Shown here piece after piece: positions 16,001 to 30,120 of a stretch of DNA of 64,000 nucleotides; positions within the stretch are counted from its first letter, which is position 1, and each line of letters begins with the position of its first letter. The notes beneath the pieces are model-generated. The model made no database searches and had not been told where the DNA came from. It saw nothing but the letters and a program-made list of their open reading frames with translations. Source of the DNA: the human T2T-CHM13v2.0 reference genome, Homo sapiens. The position numbers were made by a program, and so were the translations under genes. The stretch is from assembly GCF_009914755.1 (NCBI RefSeq), contig NC_060927.1. One strand, given 5' to 3'.

Positions 16001-16467
16001 GAAACAGCAATTGAACTGAGTTGTACAATAAGGAAAGGTGGATTTCTGCACACCTAAATTCTGCACACCTGTACCTATTCCTGGTTTCCCACATTGTCTC
16101 AGTGCTCAGACGCCACATGGGAAAGGAATTTAACCCCTGTGAGCCTTTGGGCAAGTCATGTTACCTTTCTAAGTTCCAGTGCTTATACCTGTTGAATGAG
16201 AGAATTGGGCTGAAAACAATGGTGTGGAATCACTTCAGGGGCCAACCAGAAGAATAAGGGAAGCCAGTTTGTGTGACCTCCCTCAAGATTCCCCTGCCCC
16301 AACTTTCAAATGGAGCAGCTCTGTTTGAGTCTGATTAGGTTATATTTACTTTTTTCTTTATCTATTGCAACTGAAGTATTGAGAGCAGCATTTATCATTC
16401 TCCTCATTTCATGGCATATTTTCACCACGGGATCATTCCTGACATTTTCTTATTTCGCTTTTTCTTT

Positions 16468-16758
<291 letters not shown>

Positions 16759-16977
16759 CACTTTTTCTTTTTATCACTAGTCTCCACTCCTATTCTTGAT
16801 AGTAATACTAACAATCTCACGTACCTCCAGATGTCCCCACTTTTAGTACATTTACATTGAGTATTTATGAAAGGTTAAAAAAAAAGATTAACTCTGGTTC
16901 TATATAAAGAAGTTTACAAACTGCTTGGTTAGTTAATAACTTCTAAGGTCCTCTTTACTTTCTATATGCTAGGAAGG

Positions 16978-17747
<770 letters not shown>

Positions 17748-18439
17748 GAAGGAAAACAGAAAATAGTAACTTGCAGATATAATAGCTTTGTTCTCTGTTC
17801 CTGAGTGGATAGGAAGTGTTCCAACATGCCCCTCACTCCTTTTTTGCTTTTGCTATATTTACTTCATCACTTTTCTTTCTTCCTGATTTTTTTCCAGCCC
17901 ACACTACAAGATGGATTGCCAGAAGACAGAAGAAGCCATTTCAGTGTTTTGTTTCTTTTTAAACTTTTCTCCTCGGCACAAGACAATCTCACTAGAGAAC
18001 TGCGTCTATAAATGTGCACATTCCCCGACACAACCAGAGTTGCCTCATCCTCAAGGTCTATTTTTCAGTTAGGCCTTGGAGCAGGGTTCCAGAATTTGTT
18101 CAACTCCTGCTAATTTAGCAACTGTTTCTTGATGATTTCTGCTTTGGTGACAGGCACACTTGATGACTGTCCCATAGAGATACACAAGCATAAATTCTGT
18201 ACTGGAAGGCTCCAGTCTGGAAAGTGTGAGTACTGCACAGAAAACATAGCAATGGAACAAAAGCACCATGGCTCTGGGCTGTTGCCATGGCCTGTTCTCA
18301 TGTGTGGATAATTTATATGACAGGGCAGATGGAGACCCTGTTTTCAGAATGTGTGTAACTCCACTCTTGGTTTGCTAAGAGAATGCTTATCTAGTCCCAG
18401 CATGCAAGTGGGTTAAGATATTTTACTTAGATTTATTTA

Positions 18440-18745
18440 TGCATTTACACATCCATACATGCAGTCAAAAATATTTATTGAACACCTGCAATGTGTGAGG
18501 CTCTATGTGCCAAAGATAGAGCAGTAAATAAAACAGAAAAATCCCCATCCTCATGAATTACACATTGATGGAAGACGTGGGGACAATACGCAAAATAAAT
18601 GAAAATATATAGATATTTAAATAATGGCTATGAGAAAATATAATGCAGAAAAGGGGAATGGCAAGTACCCCTAAGGAAGTGTGTAATTTGTGATTTTAAG
18701 CAAGGTGGTCAGGGAAGACCTTACTGATTAGGTAATATTTTGACT
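18440..18745 (-). mobile_element. L2 3' fragment
   Basis: AAATATTTATTGAACACCT L2 3'-end signature followed by a typical L2 body. Confidence 0.65.
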
Positions 18746-18810
18746 TGCTATCCCTATGGTGCTATGGAAGTAGTAATGAACTTGGAATTGGAAAATCTGG
18801 ATTCAACTCT

Positions 18811-19224
18811 TGTTATGGACTGAATTATGACCTCCAACCCCCTAGAATTCATATTTTGTAGCCTTAACCCCCAGTACCTTGATATGTGACTGTATTTGGA
18901 GGCAGGGGCTTTAAAGAGATAATTAAGGTAAATTATCTTGTTAGGGCCCTCAGGGTCGGTCCCTAATCCAATATGATTGGTAACATATGGGAAGAATGAC
19001 AAAAATAATAAGAGGCTTCAGGAATGCGGGTGCACAGAGAAAAGGCCATGTGAGGACACAGCAAGAAGGTGGCCATCTGCAAGGCAAGAAGCGGCCTCAG
19101 GAGAAACCAGGACTGCTGACATCTGCATCTTGAACTTCCAGCCTCCACAACTGGGCGAAAATAAATGTTGTTTAAGCAACCTAGTCTGTAGTATTTTTCA
19201 ATGCAGCCCAAGCCGACTAAGACA
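18811..19224 (+). mobile_element. MaLR solo LTR (MLT1A-like)
   Basis: TGTTATGGACTGAAT...CTAAGACA; perfect TSD ACTCT at 18806-18810 and 19225-19229. Confidence 0.9.
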
Positions 19225-19429
19225 ACTCTGATGTCTCGGCAGGCTTGTGATCTTGCAAGGAACTGACCTCAGTATCCTCATGTACCAGAGGGAAGCAAGA
19301 CAGTCAAGGTCAAGAGTGAAGTATCTCTCAGGTTCTGTTCCTTACATGACCTCCTAACAGGAGGGAAGAGTTCCTGTTCTTTCAGACTTCAACAGACTTA
19401 AATCTCTCAGAAACCTTCACTTCTATAAT

Positions 19430-19820
19430 CCATGGCCTTAAATCTAAACATGTCTCAAATCTAAATATATCCAAAACTGAGTTCTTCCTCTTCATCCCAC
19501 CAATCCTGTTTCACCCACAGCCTTTCCCATCTCCACCGATTTTACCTCCAACCTTCCAGTTTCTTACACCAAAAACCTCACAGACATCTTTGGCTTCAGT
19601 CCTTCTGTCAAAACCCAAATCCAATATGTCAGGAAATCCTGTTGGCCCTACCTTATGGGCGTATTCAGACCCCAGTGACATCTCGTCATCTCTGCTAGTA
19701 TCATGCTAGTCATATCCCCAACATCTCTGAGCTGGGTTTCTTCAGGAGCCTCCCAGTGAATTGCCCTGCTAGCATCCACCCCTCTGTCTGGTCTACTTTA
19801 ACAATAGCAGAGTGATCTTT
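19430..19820 (+). mobile_element. L2 fragment
   Basis: CTCAAATCTAAATATATCCAAAACTGAG...AAATCCTGTTGGCCCTACCTT L2 motifs. Confidence 0.7.
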
Positions 19821-19821
19821 T

Positions 19822-20034
19822 CAGCCTGCCTACATGTCCCCACGCCAAGAGTCTCCAGTCAGGGCTCACCCGAAGCCTTCTTTTTTTTTCCACTATAAAG
19901 TCTTCTCTCTCCTCTACCCTCCTTTGAGTCTCTATCAAACACAAGTGAAGGTAGTGGCTAAGTCTCTCACTATAGCAAACTGACTAAATGGCCTTTGCTT
20001 GCTCTCATTTGGGTGGCCTTCACTTATTTCCACA
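19822..20034 (+). mobile_element. ERV1 LTR 3' fragment (MER67/MER31-like)
   Basis: TTTGAGTCTCT...CTATAGCAA...CCTTTGCTTG...TTATTTCCACA end. Confidence 0.55.
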
Positions 20035-21529
20035 GACGTCATGTTTAAAATATTTGATAATGACCCAGTCTGGGTTTATGGACCACCGTGAATACTTTTT
20101 AACTTCATCTTTGCTCCATGAAGTGCTGATTTGGAAGATTGGATTTTTCTGGATCGAAATAGAACATTAAGTCTAGATAACTAAGCAATTATTGGACTAG
20201 ATGGAATCTTTTGAGTGTCTCTTGGGTAGTTTTCTACCATACCATCACACTTAAACCATCTCTGACATACTGTAAAAATCTGAGCTGTGCTTAAGCACAT
20301 TAACCTTTTCAGCATTTCACTCTGCTGATATCCTCTTTTTTTCTATAACAATTTCTATTTTGTTTGTCCTCAAACTTATTTATGTTGTTCTCTCCTCAGC
20401 AGAAATCAAATCAGTGTATTCTATGTTATAAGCCCTGCAGATGCTTCCACTTTATAAGCCCTTCAGATACATTATAACTCTGTTAAATTGGTCATGATTT
20501 TCTTAATTTCAGAAAACATGTTTCTTTTTTTATTTAAGTATTATTTCCTAATACAAAGTTCCCATGAAATGTGTTTTGTTATTTTTGCTGCATGTGATTT
20601 TATCTACTCACTTATACAGAGCATCCCACAGTTAAACAAGTATAAGTGTAATTGCAGGACATCTCAGAGTCTAATATGCTAATATACATAGTGAATTCTT
20701 GAGAATGGAGATGTTTACGTGATACCAAAGGATTCCTTTGCTTGTGGAGCATCTTTATATTAATATTTCGCATGGTTTAGCCCTTACATGTTGTCATGGC
20801 TCTTGTAAACTTTCCCAAGTTCTTCTCATTACACAAGCCTTATCACAGAACGGTATTTGGTTTGTTTGTTAGCATTGAATAGCTGAAGGCAAAAATCTGA
20901 CCATTCTCTTGTAAAGTAGCAACACATTACAAGTAATCATGTATTAATCTGAGCATTTTTGGTCTTATATACAAATCAATAAATTTTATCTTTCAAGCCT
21001 TTAAAAACATACCACATCTTGGTTGGGTGTTAAGAGGAAAGGTCTCAGTGCTCAAAATAACTGCTGACATAACTTCTATATTTCATTTTCCTACTAAATA
21101 AGACCTGCTATGTCTAACACATTTTAATTAATGCCGAGCCCCAGATGTTACTATGCACAGAGAAGCTTAATATTATGAAACTCTAATAAAACCTTGATCC
21201 AATCAATTTCAGGTACTTCAATTGTATGGGTGGTTTTTGCTTATTTGAAATGCACATTGTTAATTTCTTAAGTTTCCTTTCTGCCTATTCTCTAGGTTCT
21301 CTTTTTTTTTAATTTTTCTTCCTGGGTAATGGAATTTGAGGCAATATGCTCATGCTAAACAAATAGATATATTTTTGTGTACTTTTTCAATTTAGGAAAA
21401 CCAGAATGAAGTGGGTCTTCTACTGTTTGGTAAAAATCCAATCTAGTTTATGTAAAATAATAATCTCTTATCTTTGTATGGTATTGTATAATTTTCAAAG
21501 CACACTCACATGTATTAATCTGTTTGGGT

Positions 21530-21770
21530 GTAATAATTGAGGTTAGAACCTCAGCCTCAGGGTTCAGGCAGACTTGGAGATTAAATCTAGGAACATCATT
21601 TACTATAGTCTGGCTCTGGGGAAGTTACTTAAGTTTTCTCCACTTCAGCTTCTTTACTTGTAAAATCGAGCTAATAATTTAGTACCTAAAATGGTTGTTG
21701 TGAAGATTAAATAACATAATACAGAAAGTTTTTAGCTCAGTATTTAGTTCATACTAAGTATTCAGATATT
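21530..21770 (+). mobile_element. MIR SINE
   Basis: GGGAAGTTACTTAAG...TGTAAAAT...GGTTGTTGTGAAGATTAAAT. Confidence 0.7.
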
Positions 21771-21904
21771 TTAGGTAGTAGTGGGGATGGGGGTAGGGGC
21801 TTAACCACCTTGAAGTAAAATGCAAAAATTACCTCCATTTCAAAAGTAGGAGCATTAATGACCAGATGGTCTCAGTGAGTTACTCAAGCCTACTGAGTAG
21901 ACCC

Positions 21905-22330
21905 AGTCTACTGAGGGTCCAAATAAAACAAAAAATCAGAGAAGGGGCAAATCTCTCTTTTTGTTGAGCTGGAACATCCATCTTCTTCTGCCCTTGAACA
22001 TTAGAGCTCCTGGTTTTTGAACCTTCAGACTCAGGGGCTTACATCAACACCCCACCTCTCCCACTTTCCTCACCTCCAGTTCTCAGGCCTTTGACCTGGG
22101 AGTCGGAGTTAAACCATTGGCTCCCTGGGTTCTCAGGGTTTTGGAATTGGACAGAATTATACCACTGGCCTTCCTGATTCTCCAGCTTACAGACAGCATA
22201 GTGAGGACTTCTTGGTTTCCATAATCATGTGAGACAATTCCCATGAAAAATGTCTTCTGAAAAATATATGTATGTATGTATATATACAACACATATCCTA
22301 TTGGTGTTGTTTCCCTAGAGAATCCTGCTA
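21905..22330 (+). mobile_element. ERVL LTR 3' part (MLT2B-like)
   Basis: GAGCTGGAACATCCATCTTCTTCTGCCCTTG, CATAATCATGTGAG, TCCTATTGGT...CTAGAGAATCCTG. Confidence 0.8.
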
Positions 22331-22344
22331 GTGGAAGATTTCCT

Positions 22345-22787
22345 TGCAAAATATTGTGAGGTCACTGTAGTTGTTATCTGTGTGTGCTCAAGGTCTGCTT
22401 TCTCTTCAGAAAGTTCCAGCTCCTTTTTTCTTTGGGGATCTAGGTCTCCCCTGGAGATTACCATTAAAGTATACACCCATTCAGTAGCCAAGGAATAAAA
22501 GGGTGTCATGTGACTGAATTGAACCAATCTCTATCTCCCTGAATCTTGCAAATAACCCAAATAATGAAATCTATTGGCCTTTATTTGTCCCGACCTTGGT
22601 GCTTTGTAGAGGCTTACCATTAGTTGCTGCTGCCTAGATGTTTGGGGATGCTTTGTCTTTATTCTTTCTGAAGCTAGGTTCTTTCACTTTGCCTTTTATT
22701 CTGGGGGCTATTCTTTATCTTTCTCTTATAATTTTTTAAAAAATTAGCTTATTCAGAGTCAGTTTTTTTGTACAAAAACTCCAACGC
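22345..22787 (+). mobile_element. Old ERVL LTR (LTR33-like)
   Basis: CATGTGAC...ACCAATC and 3' CAGAGTCAGTTT motifs; diverged. Confidence 0.45.
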
Positions 22788-22789
22788 AC

Positions 22790-23156
22790 AGTAGTCAGCT
22801 ATTGCCACAAAACTGCTGCAAAACAAACCACTCCAAAACTCAGTGGCATATGGAACGTATTTAATTCCCATTCACAAATTTGCAATTCTGCTAAGGGTCA
22901 CCTGATGTAGGGGCACTCAGCCTCAAGCTATAACTTGGTTCCAGGGCAGTTCCATGTGTCTCTCATCCTCCCTGGACCAGTTGTATGTTCTTGTCATTGC
23001 AAAAGAAACTCAGCAGGTCAAGCTTAATCATGCAAGCACATTTTAAACCACTGCTTCCATCTTGTCTGCTAATATTTCATTGACTAAAGTATGCCAAATG
23101 GCCAAGTCCAAAGTCAAAGTGTGAAAGCTCTCTCTACTCATGAAGATGGTAAAAAA
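22790..23156 (-). mobile_element. MaLR LTR (MLT1H-like), host of the MER41 insertion
   Basis: AGTCAGCTATTGCCAC...AAACCACTCCAAAACTCAGTGGC...ATGGCCAAGTCCAAAGTCAA. Confidence 0.65.
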
Positions 23157-23773
23157 TGAGACAGGAATAATAGAGGGTGGTCACAGGAGAACAGAGGGTG
23201 GTCACAGGAGAATAGAAAATTCCAGACATCAGTTTTACGTGGTTAGCAAATGGAAACTGTTGAAGTAGCTGCATAAGCTAGGGACCCATAAGACCCTGAA
23301 AACCAGGATGTGGGCCAAACTGGCGAAGACTGACTGGACCAAACATGGCACTGGCTTTGACCTAAGTTTCACCTAGGATCTCATTATACACTCATCAACA
23401 CGCTCAATCACACACGCCCCAGCACCTTGAGAGTTCCAGGAACACCTCTATTTGGTGGAAAAATGGGTGACACTGCAGTTCTGAGAAATCTTTATCTTTT
23501 TCTAAGAATCTTCATAAATATTCCATCCCTTGGCTAAATAAACCCATAGTACCCCAAACTCCCAAACCCAATGGCGTGACTCACTCTCTTGAGTACACCT
23601 GCACTTCTGTTTCATGAGTGTGCACTTTTCACTTTGCAATAAATCTCTGTACTTTCCCAGTTTTTTCTGACTCACTATTGACTTCCTTCCCGTGAAGGTG
23701 TCAAGAACCTGGATGCTGGCCAGAGGCAGGGTCCCACGGGAATTTGGGGACCTCCCCTAGCCCACTGGTATCA
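23157..23773 (+). mobile_element. ERV1 solo LTR, MER41 family (MER41D/E-like)
   Basis: TGAGACAGGAATAAT...GGTATCA termini; AATAAA at 23638-23643; GAS motifs; resembles recalled MER41 consensus. TSD not clean. Confidence 0.75.
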
Positions 23774-23847
23774 GAAGCAGCACTGAATAGTTGCTGAGTA
23801 TCAAATGCAGACAGACTAATTTGCATTAAAAAGTAATTTCTTTACTC

Positions 23848-24408
23848 TGTAGGGGAAGAGGATTTTTTTATTTAACCCCCATAGGTTCCTAGTTGGAATA
23901 AACCCCTGCAACAAAAGATAGATTGACAAGAGAAAAACAAACAGAAATGTATTCACATGTATATTTCATATATATGAAAGACATCCAGGGAATGAGTAGT
24001 TCTCAAAGAGATGGCTTTGAATTCTAGCTTATGTAGCATCTTCAACAAAGAAAACAGTACATTTTTATAGCAGTGACAAGACAAAGGAAAAGAACTTTAA
24101 GTCTCTAGGGCAGCAACTTGCGAGAAGGCAAATACATGGCAGATAAAGATGGGTTAGTAAAGCTCATTAATGTAGATTCCTCTGGTACCATCTCCAGGGT
24201 AACAGGGGTCTAAAGTTGTCTTAGTGGCTAACCATTGTTCTCCCTGGTAGGGGGTGGGAGGTGGAATACCTTTTGTCTTTGTAAATCTGTGTCCTTCTTT
24301 TAGGCAAATACAGAGAGGGCAGAGAGCTTTCCTGCACAGGCTTCTTCTTAACTGCCTTCAACTCAATGATTCTTTATATTTGGGGGCAGCATATTCTGCT
24401 CTTCCACA
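23848..24408 (-). mobile_element. ERV1 solo LTR (MER34-like)
   Basis: TG...CA termini; end reads GGGGCAGCATATTCTG (reverse of the MER34 start); near-TSD ACTC/CCTC. Confidence 0.75.
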
Positions 24409-27400
24409 CCTCTAAGATTTCCTCTTAAAACACAAATAGGATTGGAGAAGAAAAACATGAAGCCTTTCCATTAACAACCTACCTTAACTTGGGTTTTTCA
24501 GTTGGCTAGTATGCAGTGTCCACAGATAGCTAAGAAGAATCTCTGAAATAAGACACAGACAGATCTATATTACTAAAGGACATCAGGATTCAGGAGAAAA
24601 GGAGACCCAGGCTCATATCAGGGTGTTTAGAAGCACGTGGAAATTCAGGTGAACAAGATTTGTAGCAGCTAACAGGAAAGGTAAATTTTACTGGATATAT
24701 GCATCCCTTTCCTATCATAAGTGAGATGGAAATGAAATAAAAGTGTACTGATTTCTTAGGTTTGCAAGATTTGGATCTTCAATTTGGGGCTTACACAGAA
24801 TGGCTCACATATTATTATTTCCCTGTACTTTGTCATTGCTACACTGTAAATTTGGAGCCCATTGTTATACAAAAACTAGCATACAGTCTTGTCTGTGGAA
24901 GAGCTGAGTAAATTGTTTTTTGATTCTGACTCTAGGAGAACATATTCCTTTCAGCCTCTTTGCTTTTCCTCTACTGTGTTTTAGTTGAGGTCATCAGACC
25001 TGCCAGACTAGGTCATTTCATGAAATACATATAACTTACATGGCTCTGAGGCCTAAGGAAGCTTCTGTGGAGTGTTAATTATTGCAATACTTGGGCTTTA
25101 AAGGAATGGAAGAAGTTGAGAGGCCATGCCCATATCTGAAGTCTAAACTTATCTACAAATGTTAAAATGTGAACATGTGTGAGAGTTTCTATGAGTGTGA
25201 AAGCGGGGGAGTGGCTCCTATATAATTCTGTTTAGATATTTGGAAGGATATAATTGGAATATAAAATAGCCACATTTGGACAGAGCACAATTCCACTCCC
25301 AAATGTGTCAACGTCCTTTAACTACACTCTCATGCAAATTAGGTAGATACATGGCTTAAAAACCAACTGCTCTCAGAATAAAGGATATTTTCCCTAAGCC
25401 CGTTTTAAACAAACTGAATGGCACACACTCTCATAAAGACAGATGATTGACATTACATAGCCTATGAAACTTTCCTATTCAAAATCATGACATTTCTTAA
25501 CATAAAGAGGTAGTGATTATATTATGTACTCCCCAAACTTAAAAATTAAAAAAAAAAAAACACCAGTGGGAAAACAAAAATAATATGCCCTACAAAGAAT
25601 GTAATTAGGCAGAGCTAGACTAGAGAATCCACAGAGAATAAGCCACAGGGCTGATTATCTTAAATTTAATTTGTGCTTTTGGTATTTTTTTCTCCTGCAT
25701 TCTAGTGATTCCATAGAGATCAACTTGCAACAGCTTCATTTTTCAATTGGTCTATTTAATTTTTTTTTTTTGCATCAGGCATAATAAAATATAACTACCA
25801 GACCTATTATCAGTCTTCCAGCAGCCTTGTCATTTCCAGCAAGAAAGTGGTAATATGGTACTTGACATCTAAATCTCCTTTGCAGTAGGTGCAGACTGAA
25901 TTTCTTTTAAATGGGTGCACATGAAATTAAGTTTTATAAATACTGGAATTTGTTGAGAATTAACCCAATCCTGGTAAGTGGAATAAAACATCTCCGTGTG
26001 CCTTCTCTGCCTCTTGAAATTCTAGCATTTCAAATAAAGTGCCAAGAAGCTGCAAATAATCAAAGAGGAGGTGTTGTTTGTTCACAGAACAGCCACGATT
26101 TACTATAAGGGTCAGCAGTTGTATGTTTATAATTGTTTAATTCTGTATATAACCAAATGAATCCACTGTTCCCTCATCTACATGGGTTGACTCTGCCCCA
26201 TGCTCAGTAGCAGGCAGATGTTAGTTCTCTCCATATTTTTCTTAATAAACTTGATAACATTAAAAATATCATGAACAGCTTGTTGCCCTTACCAAAAATT
26301 TAGCAGGGAAGATGGAGGGATTCTCCCAAATGAAACTCTACTCTCATGCAACTCCCTAAATTCTCAGGAATTTGCATTTCTCCAAAGTACAAGTGGTTTT
26401 TCCTCTCCCCTTTTATTCTACATTATTCAGTCTGGCTTCTTTGTTAAAACAATTGAGATCTGAACCCTTACAAATTGCAGCATTCAATTAGGTGTATTTC
26501 TGTTTTACTGAATTATAAGTTTAGTAACTACCCCTTGTTACCGCAGCAAGCCCTTTTGGGTCTCTCTATCCCACCACCTCCAATACCACAAATTTTTCCC
26601 TCTAAACACAGATAGTTATGCCCTGAGAAATAATCTGGTAATATACATATCACCTAACTTCTACAAAGTACTTTTCTTCTGAATTTTGGCTTGGAAAAGC
26701 TTTTGAAGTAATGAACTATTTGGAGAGACGGAGGCTTGGAGTTTAGTGAGCAAGATGGTAATTTTAGATGCTGGTAGCCAGGGTATTTTTTATTTTGAAT
26801 ATCAAAAATTGTAGAACTTTAAGGAAGCCCCAGGAAAAAAGAACAAGAAAGTCTGGTTTGGATTGTCCTGTTTGTGATATTTTTCTTACAATATCATATC
26901 CCATGTGGAAAGAAATTAAGACTTCCAATGGAAGTTCAGAAGATTAATTCAACACCACCAATTCTTAAATCTGAAGGAAATAAATTGTATTTTTTACTAT
27001 GCTCACCTGCTTTTAGCCCAAATATAAACTACAAAGGTAATTTAGAAAATAAAGTTGACTCTGTTATAGCTAGATATCACAGATAAGGCCATCCTCAGCA
27101 AAAAGTAAGATCACTTTTTCTAATGTTATGCTTATTTTTTTAAAGTTCTGAACTATTTTTCTAACGATATGCTTTTTTTAAATTTTAAATTACATTATAT
27201 CTGAACTATTTGTCTACCTATGATTTTTAAATTACATTATAAGTATATTAAATTTAAATATATACATATTTGAATTACTTAGATATTATGTTTTAATTTT
27301 AAATTATTGCGATTATACTCTCATGTTTTCTAAAACAAGTTTACTCAGTCTCTTCCTACTGATCTTTGACACCAATGCCTTTGTCATCACTAGAGCTACT

Positions 27401-27833
27401 TTGTGAGTCACCTGAAGCAGGCTTCTGACCTCTTTATTTCTCAAAGTTGTTCAAGACTTTTAAAATTTGAGTATGAGGCCATCTCTGGAAATTTTATCCC
27501 AAGGCACATTTATCCCAAATACTCATTCAAGTAACCTGAGGAAAGTAGTTTATTTTATTCATCCTGTAGGTGTAAAGTCATGCTTTCCAATTACTGTGGC
27601 CTTTTAAGTGATCTTAAAAACCTTGTTTACAACAGGCATCCAATGCTTGCCATTGCGAGGTCACACCTGCAGGAAAAATTACTAAACCCGTGTTAAATGT
27701 CCCTTGTTAACAATTCCATCTTATGACCTCTGTGCGCATTTCCAACTAGCATCAGTTGAGGTCATTTCTAGAGAAAGTGAATCTTCAAACAGGTTTTTTT
27801 TAATTTGTTTGATAAAATAAAGTCATTGGGAGA

Positions 27834-28360
27834 TGTGGTAAGAAAAATAATGCCCCCCTTAAGATGTCCATGTCCTAATCCCCAAAACTGGAAATATGTT
27901 ACTTTCTATGGAAAAAGGAATTAAGCTTACAGATAGAATTAAGGTTATTAATCAATCAGCTGACCTTAAAATATAAATATGATCCTGGATTACACAGGCA
28001 GGCCCAAAATTATCACAAGCTTCCTTAGAGTAGAAGAGTGAGGCTGAAGAGTTAGTCAAAGAGAGGAAATATGTAAGAAGAGGCTGGAGGAATTTGAAGC
28101 CCAAGAGGTACTCTGAACTGCCACTACTGGCTCTGAATATGGAGGAAGAAGCCCAAGAGCTATTGGGTTGGGTGGCTTCTGGAAGCTGGGAATGGCTCTC
28201 AGCTGACCGGCAGCCAAAAAACATGGGCCTCAATTCTATAACTACAGGGAAATGAATTCTAATCACCTCAATGAGCAAGGAAATAATTTTCCCAGAAAGG
28301 AATGAAGCCCTGCGGACACCTTGAGACTGGACTTTTGATCTACAGTGCTATAAGGAGAAA
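27834..28360 (+). mobile_element. MaLR LTR (MLT1D/E-like), 3' truncated
   Basis: TGTGGTAAG...AAGATGTCCATGTCCTAATCCC...CAGCTGACCTTAAAATA. Confidence 0.8.
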
Positions 28361-28516
28361 TCACACCTTACTTTTAGCATCTATGGTATCTCATATGATA
28401 AGTGATTCTATTATCCAATTATCACTTTAATAATATATAGAGAGCAAATGGTCAGCTGATGAAGAAGCATGACTCATTTTCTTCTTTCTAAAATGACGAT
28501 ACTCAGTATCCTTGAG
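28120..28516 (+). repeat. Copy A (donor) of ~397-bp local duplication
   Basis: Near-identical to 30963-31358 by hand alignment. Confidence 0.97.
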
Positions 28517-28674
28517 AAATAGTCACTTAGTTCCTTACATGCCAAAAAAGAGGAATCTTTAAAGTTACAGAGTAGATGCTCCTACAGACAACAAAAGGTG
28601 ACTATTTGCAGCAACAAACAAGCTTTGAAAGAGAGGAAGATAGGTTCCGTTTTCTAGGGCTCATTGTTCTACTG

Positions 28675-29025
28675 CAGGTTGAGCATCCCTAATCTGAAAA
28701 TTAGAAATCCAAAACTTTTTGAGCACTGACATGATACCACAAATAGAAAATTCCACACCTGACCTCATGTCACAGATTGCAGTCCAAACGCAATCCAAAC
28801 TTTGTTTCATGTACAAAATTATTTAAAATGTTATATAAAATTGCCTTCAGGCTAATTCTATGTGTATAAAGTGTGTATAAAACATAAATAAGTTTCCTGT
28901 TTACACTTGGGTCTCTTCCCAATATATGGCATTATGTATATGCAAATATTTCCAAATCCAAAAATAAGTTCAAAATCTGAAACTTCTCTGGTCCCAAACA
29001 TTTTGGATAAGGGATACCTTATCTG
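28675..29025. mobile_element. Tigger-family non-autonomous DNA transposon (MER46C-like)
   Basis: Imperfect TIRs CAGGTTGAGCATCCCT / AGGGATACCTTATCTG; flanks TG and CA consistent with a decayed TA TSD. Confidence 0.85.
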
Positions 29026-29919
29026 CACCAAGGGTCTTAAGGCCAAGTTGCTCAATTTCAAATTTTTCTTGACTGGGTATCCCTTTCTGTCAAAATACTG
29101 TCTTTACCTAATTATAAAATAATCTTCATGCCATAGGTAAGAGTACTTTAAAGTTTTCAAAGTGAAGAAAATGCCAAGTGTGTTGAGGAGAGGCCTGTGG
29201 TTGTGCCTGGGTCAAGTTAGCGTAGGAAAAAGAGACTGGAATAGGCAGTGAGGTCTGGGTCATGGTGATCCTGGGTGTCATTCTTGGGGAAGTGGGACTT
29301 TTCCTGAAAGGATCTATGGGCTTTGTTCAGGTGAAGGACATGATGAGATGTAAATTTAGAAATATCATTCTGGAAGACATGATCAGGTTGGAAGCTATTG
29401 CTATGGTCTAGCTCCCACTCTTTCCAAGAAAGCCATAAACCTGGTGGGAGTGGGGATGGAGGAGCAATAATAACAACATCAATATATCAACATGTAATAT
29501 TTTATCTCCTTGGATTCTCACAATGATATCTAATTTATCCCAAGGAAACGGAGGCTCTGAGAGGTAATATGACTTCCCCCAGGTCATGAAGTAAAGGGTC
29601 AGGATGACAACACCAGCCCTTTTGAAACAAATTAGTGCTCTTTCTGCCTTCATAGAATTCGGCTTTGTGCTTCCATTTTGAACTCATCTATAAAGAGTCA
29701 ACGATAATCTCTAACCCTGAAGGTTACAAGAGATTAGAACCACGTATGAGTCTGAGACTCATTTATTAATACAAGTAGGGCATTTTAGGAGCTCAAAGTA
29801 ATAAAGCTCTCTCATTATTTTAATTAAAATTCATAAAAATGAAAAGAAAGGATTCAACTTTGCAAGTAAAGGAAATAGTAATCAAGTCCATTTTACTCTT
29901 TGGAAATAATGAAATGAGT

Positions 29920-30120
29920 TCCCATATACTGAATGCTTGGCTCTACCAGGCTCAGTGCCACTCTTAATATTGACATCATAAGATGACATTGTTACCCCAT
30001 TTTACTGGAGAAAAACAGGCCAGAGAAGTTAAGTCATGTGCCCAGTGTCACTGGGTAAGTAAGGACAGGATCAGGATTTAAGTCTAGGAATTTCTGTCTT
30101 CAATGTTTTCAGCCTCCTTG
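29920..30120 (-). mobile_element. MIR SINE
   Basis: CCCCATTTTACTGGAGAAAAACAGGCCAGAGAAGTTAAGT core. Confidence 0.65.
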
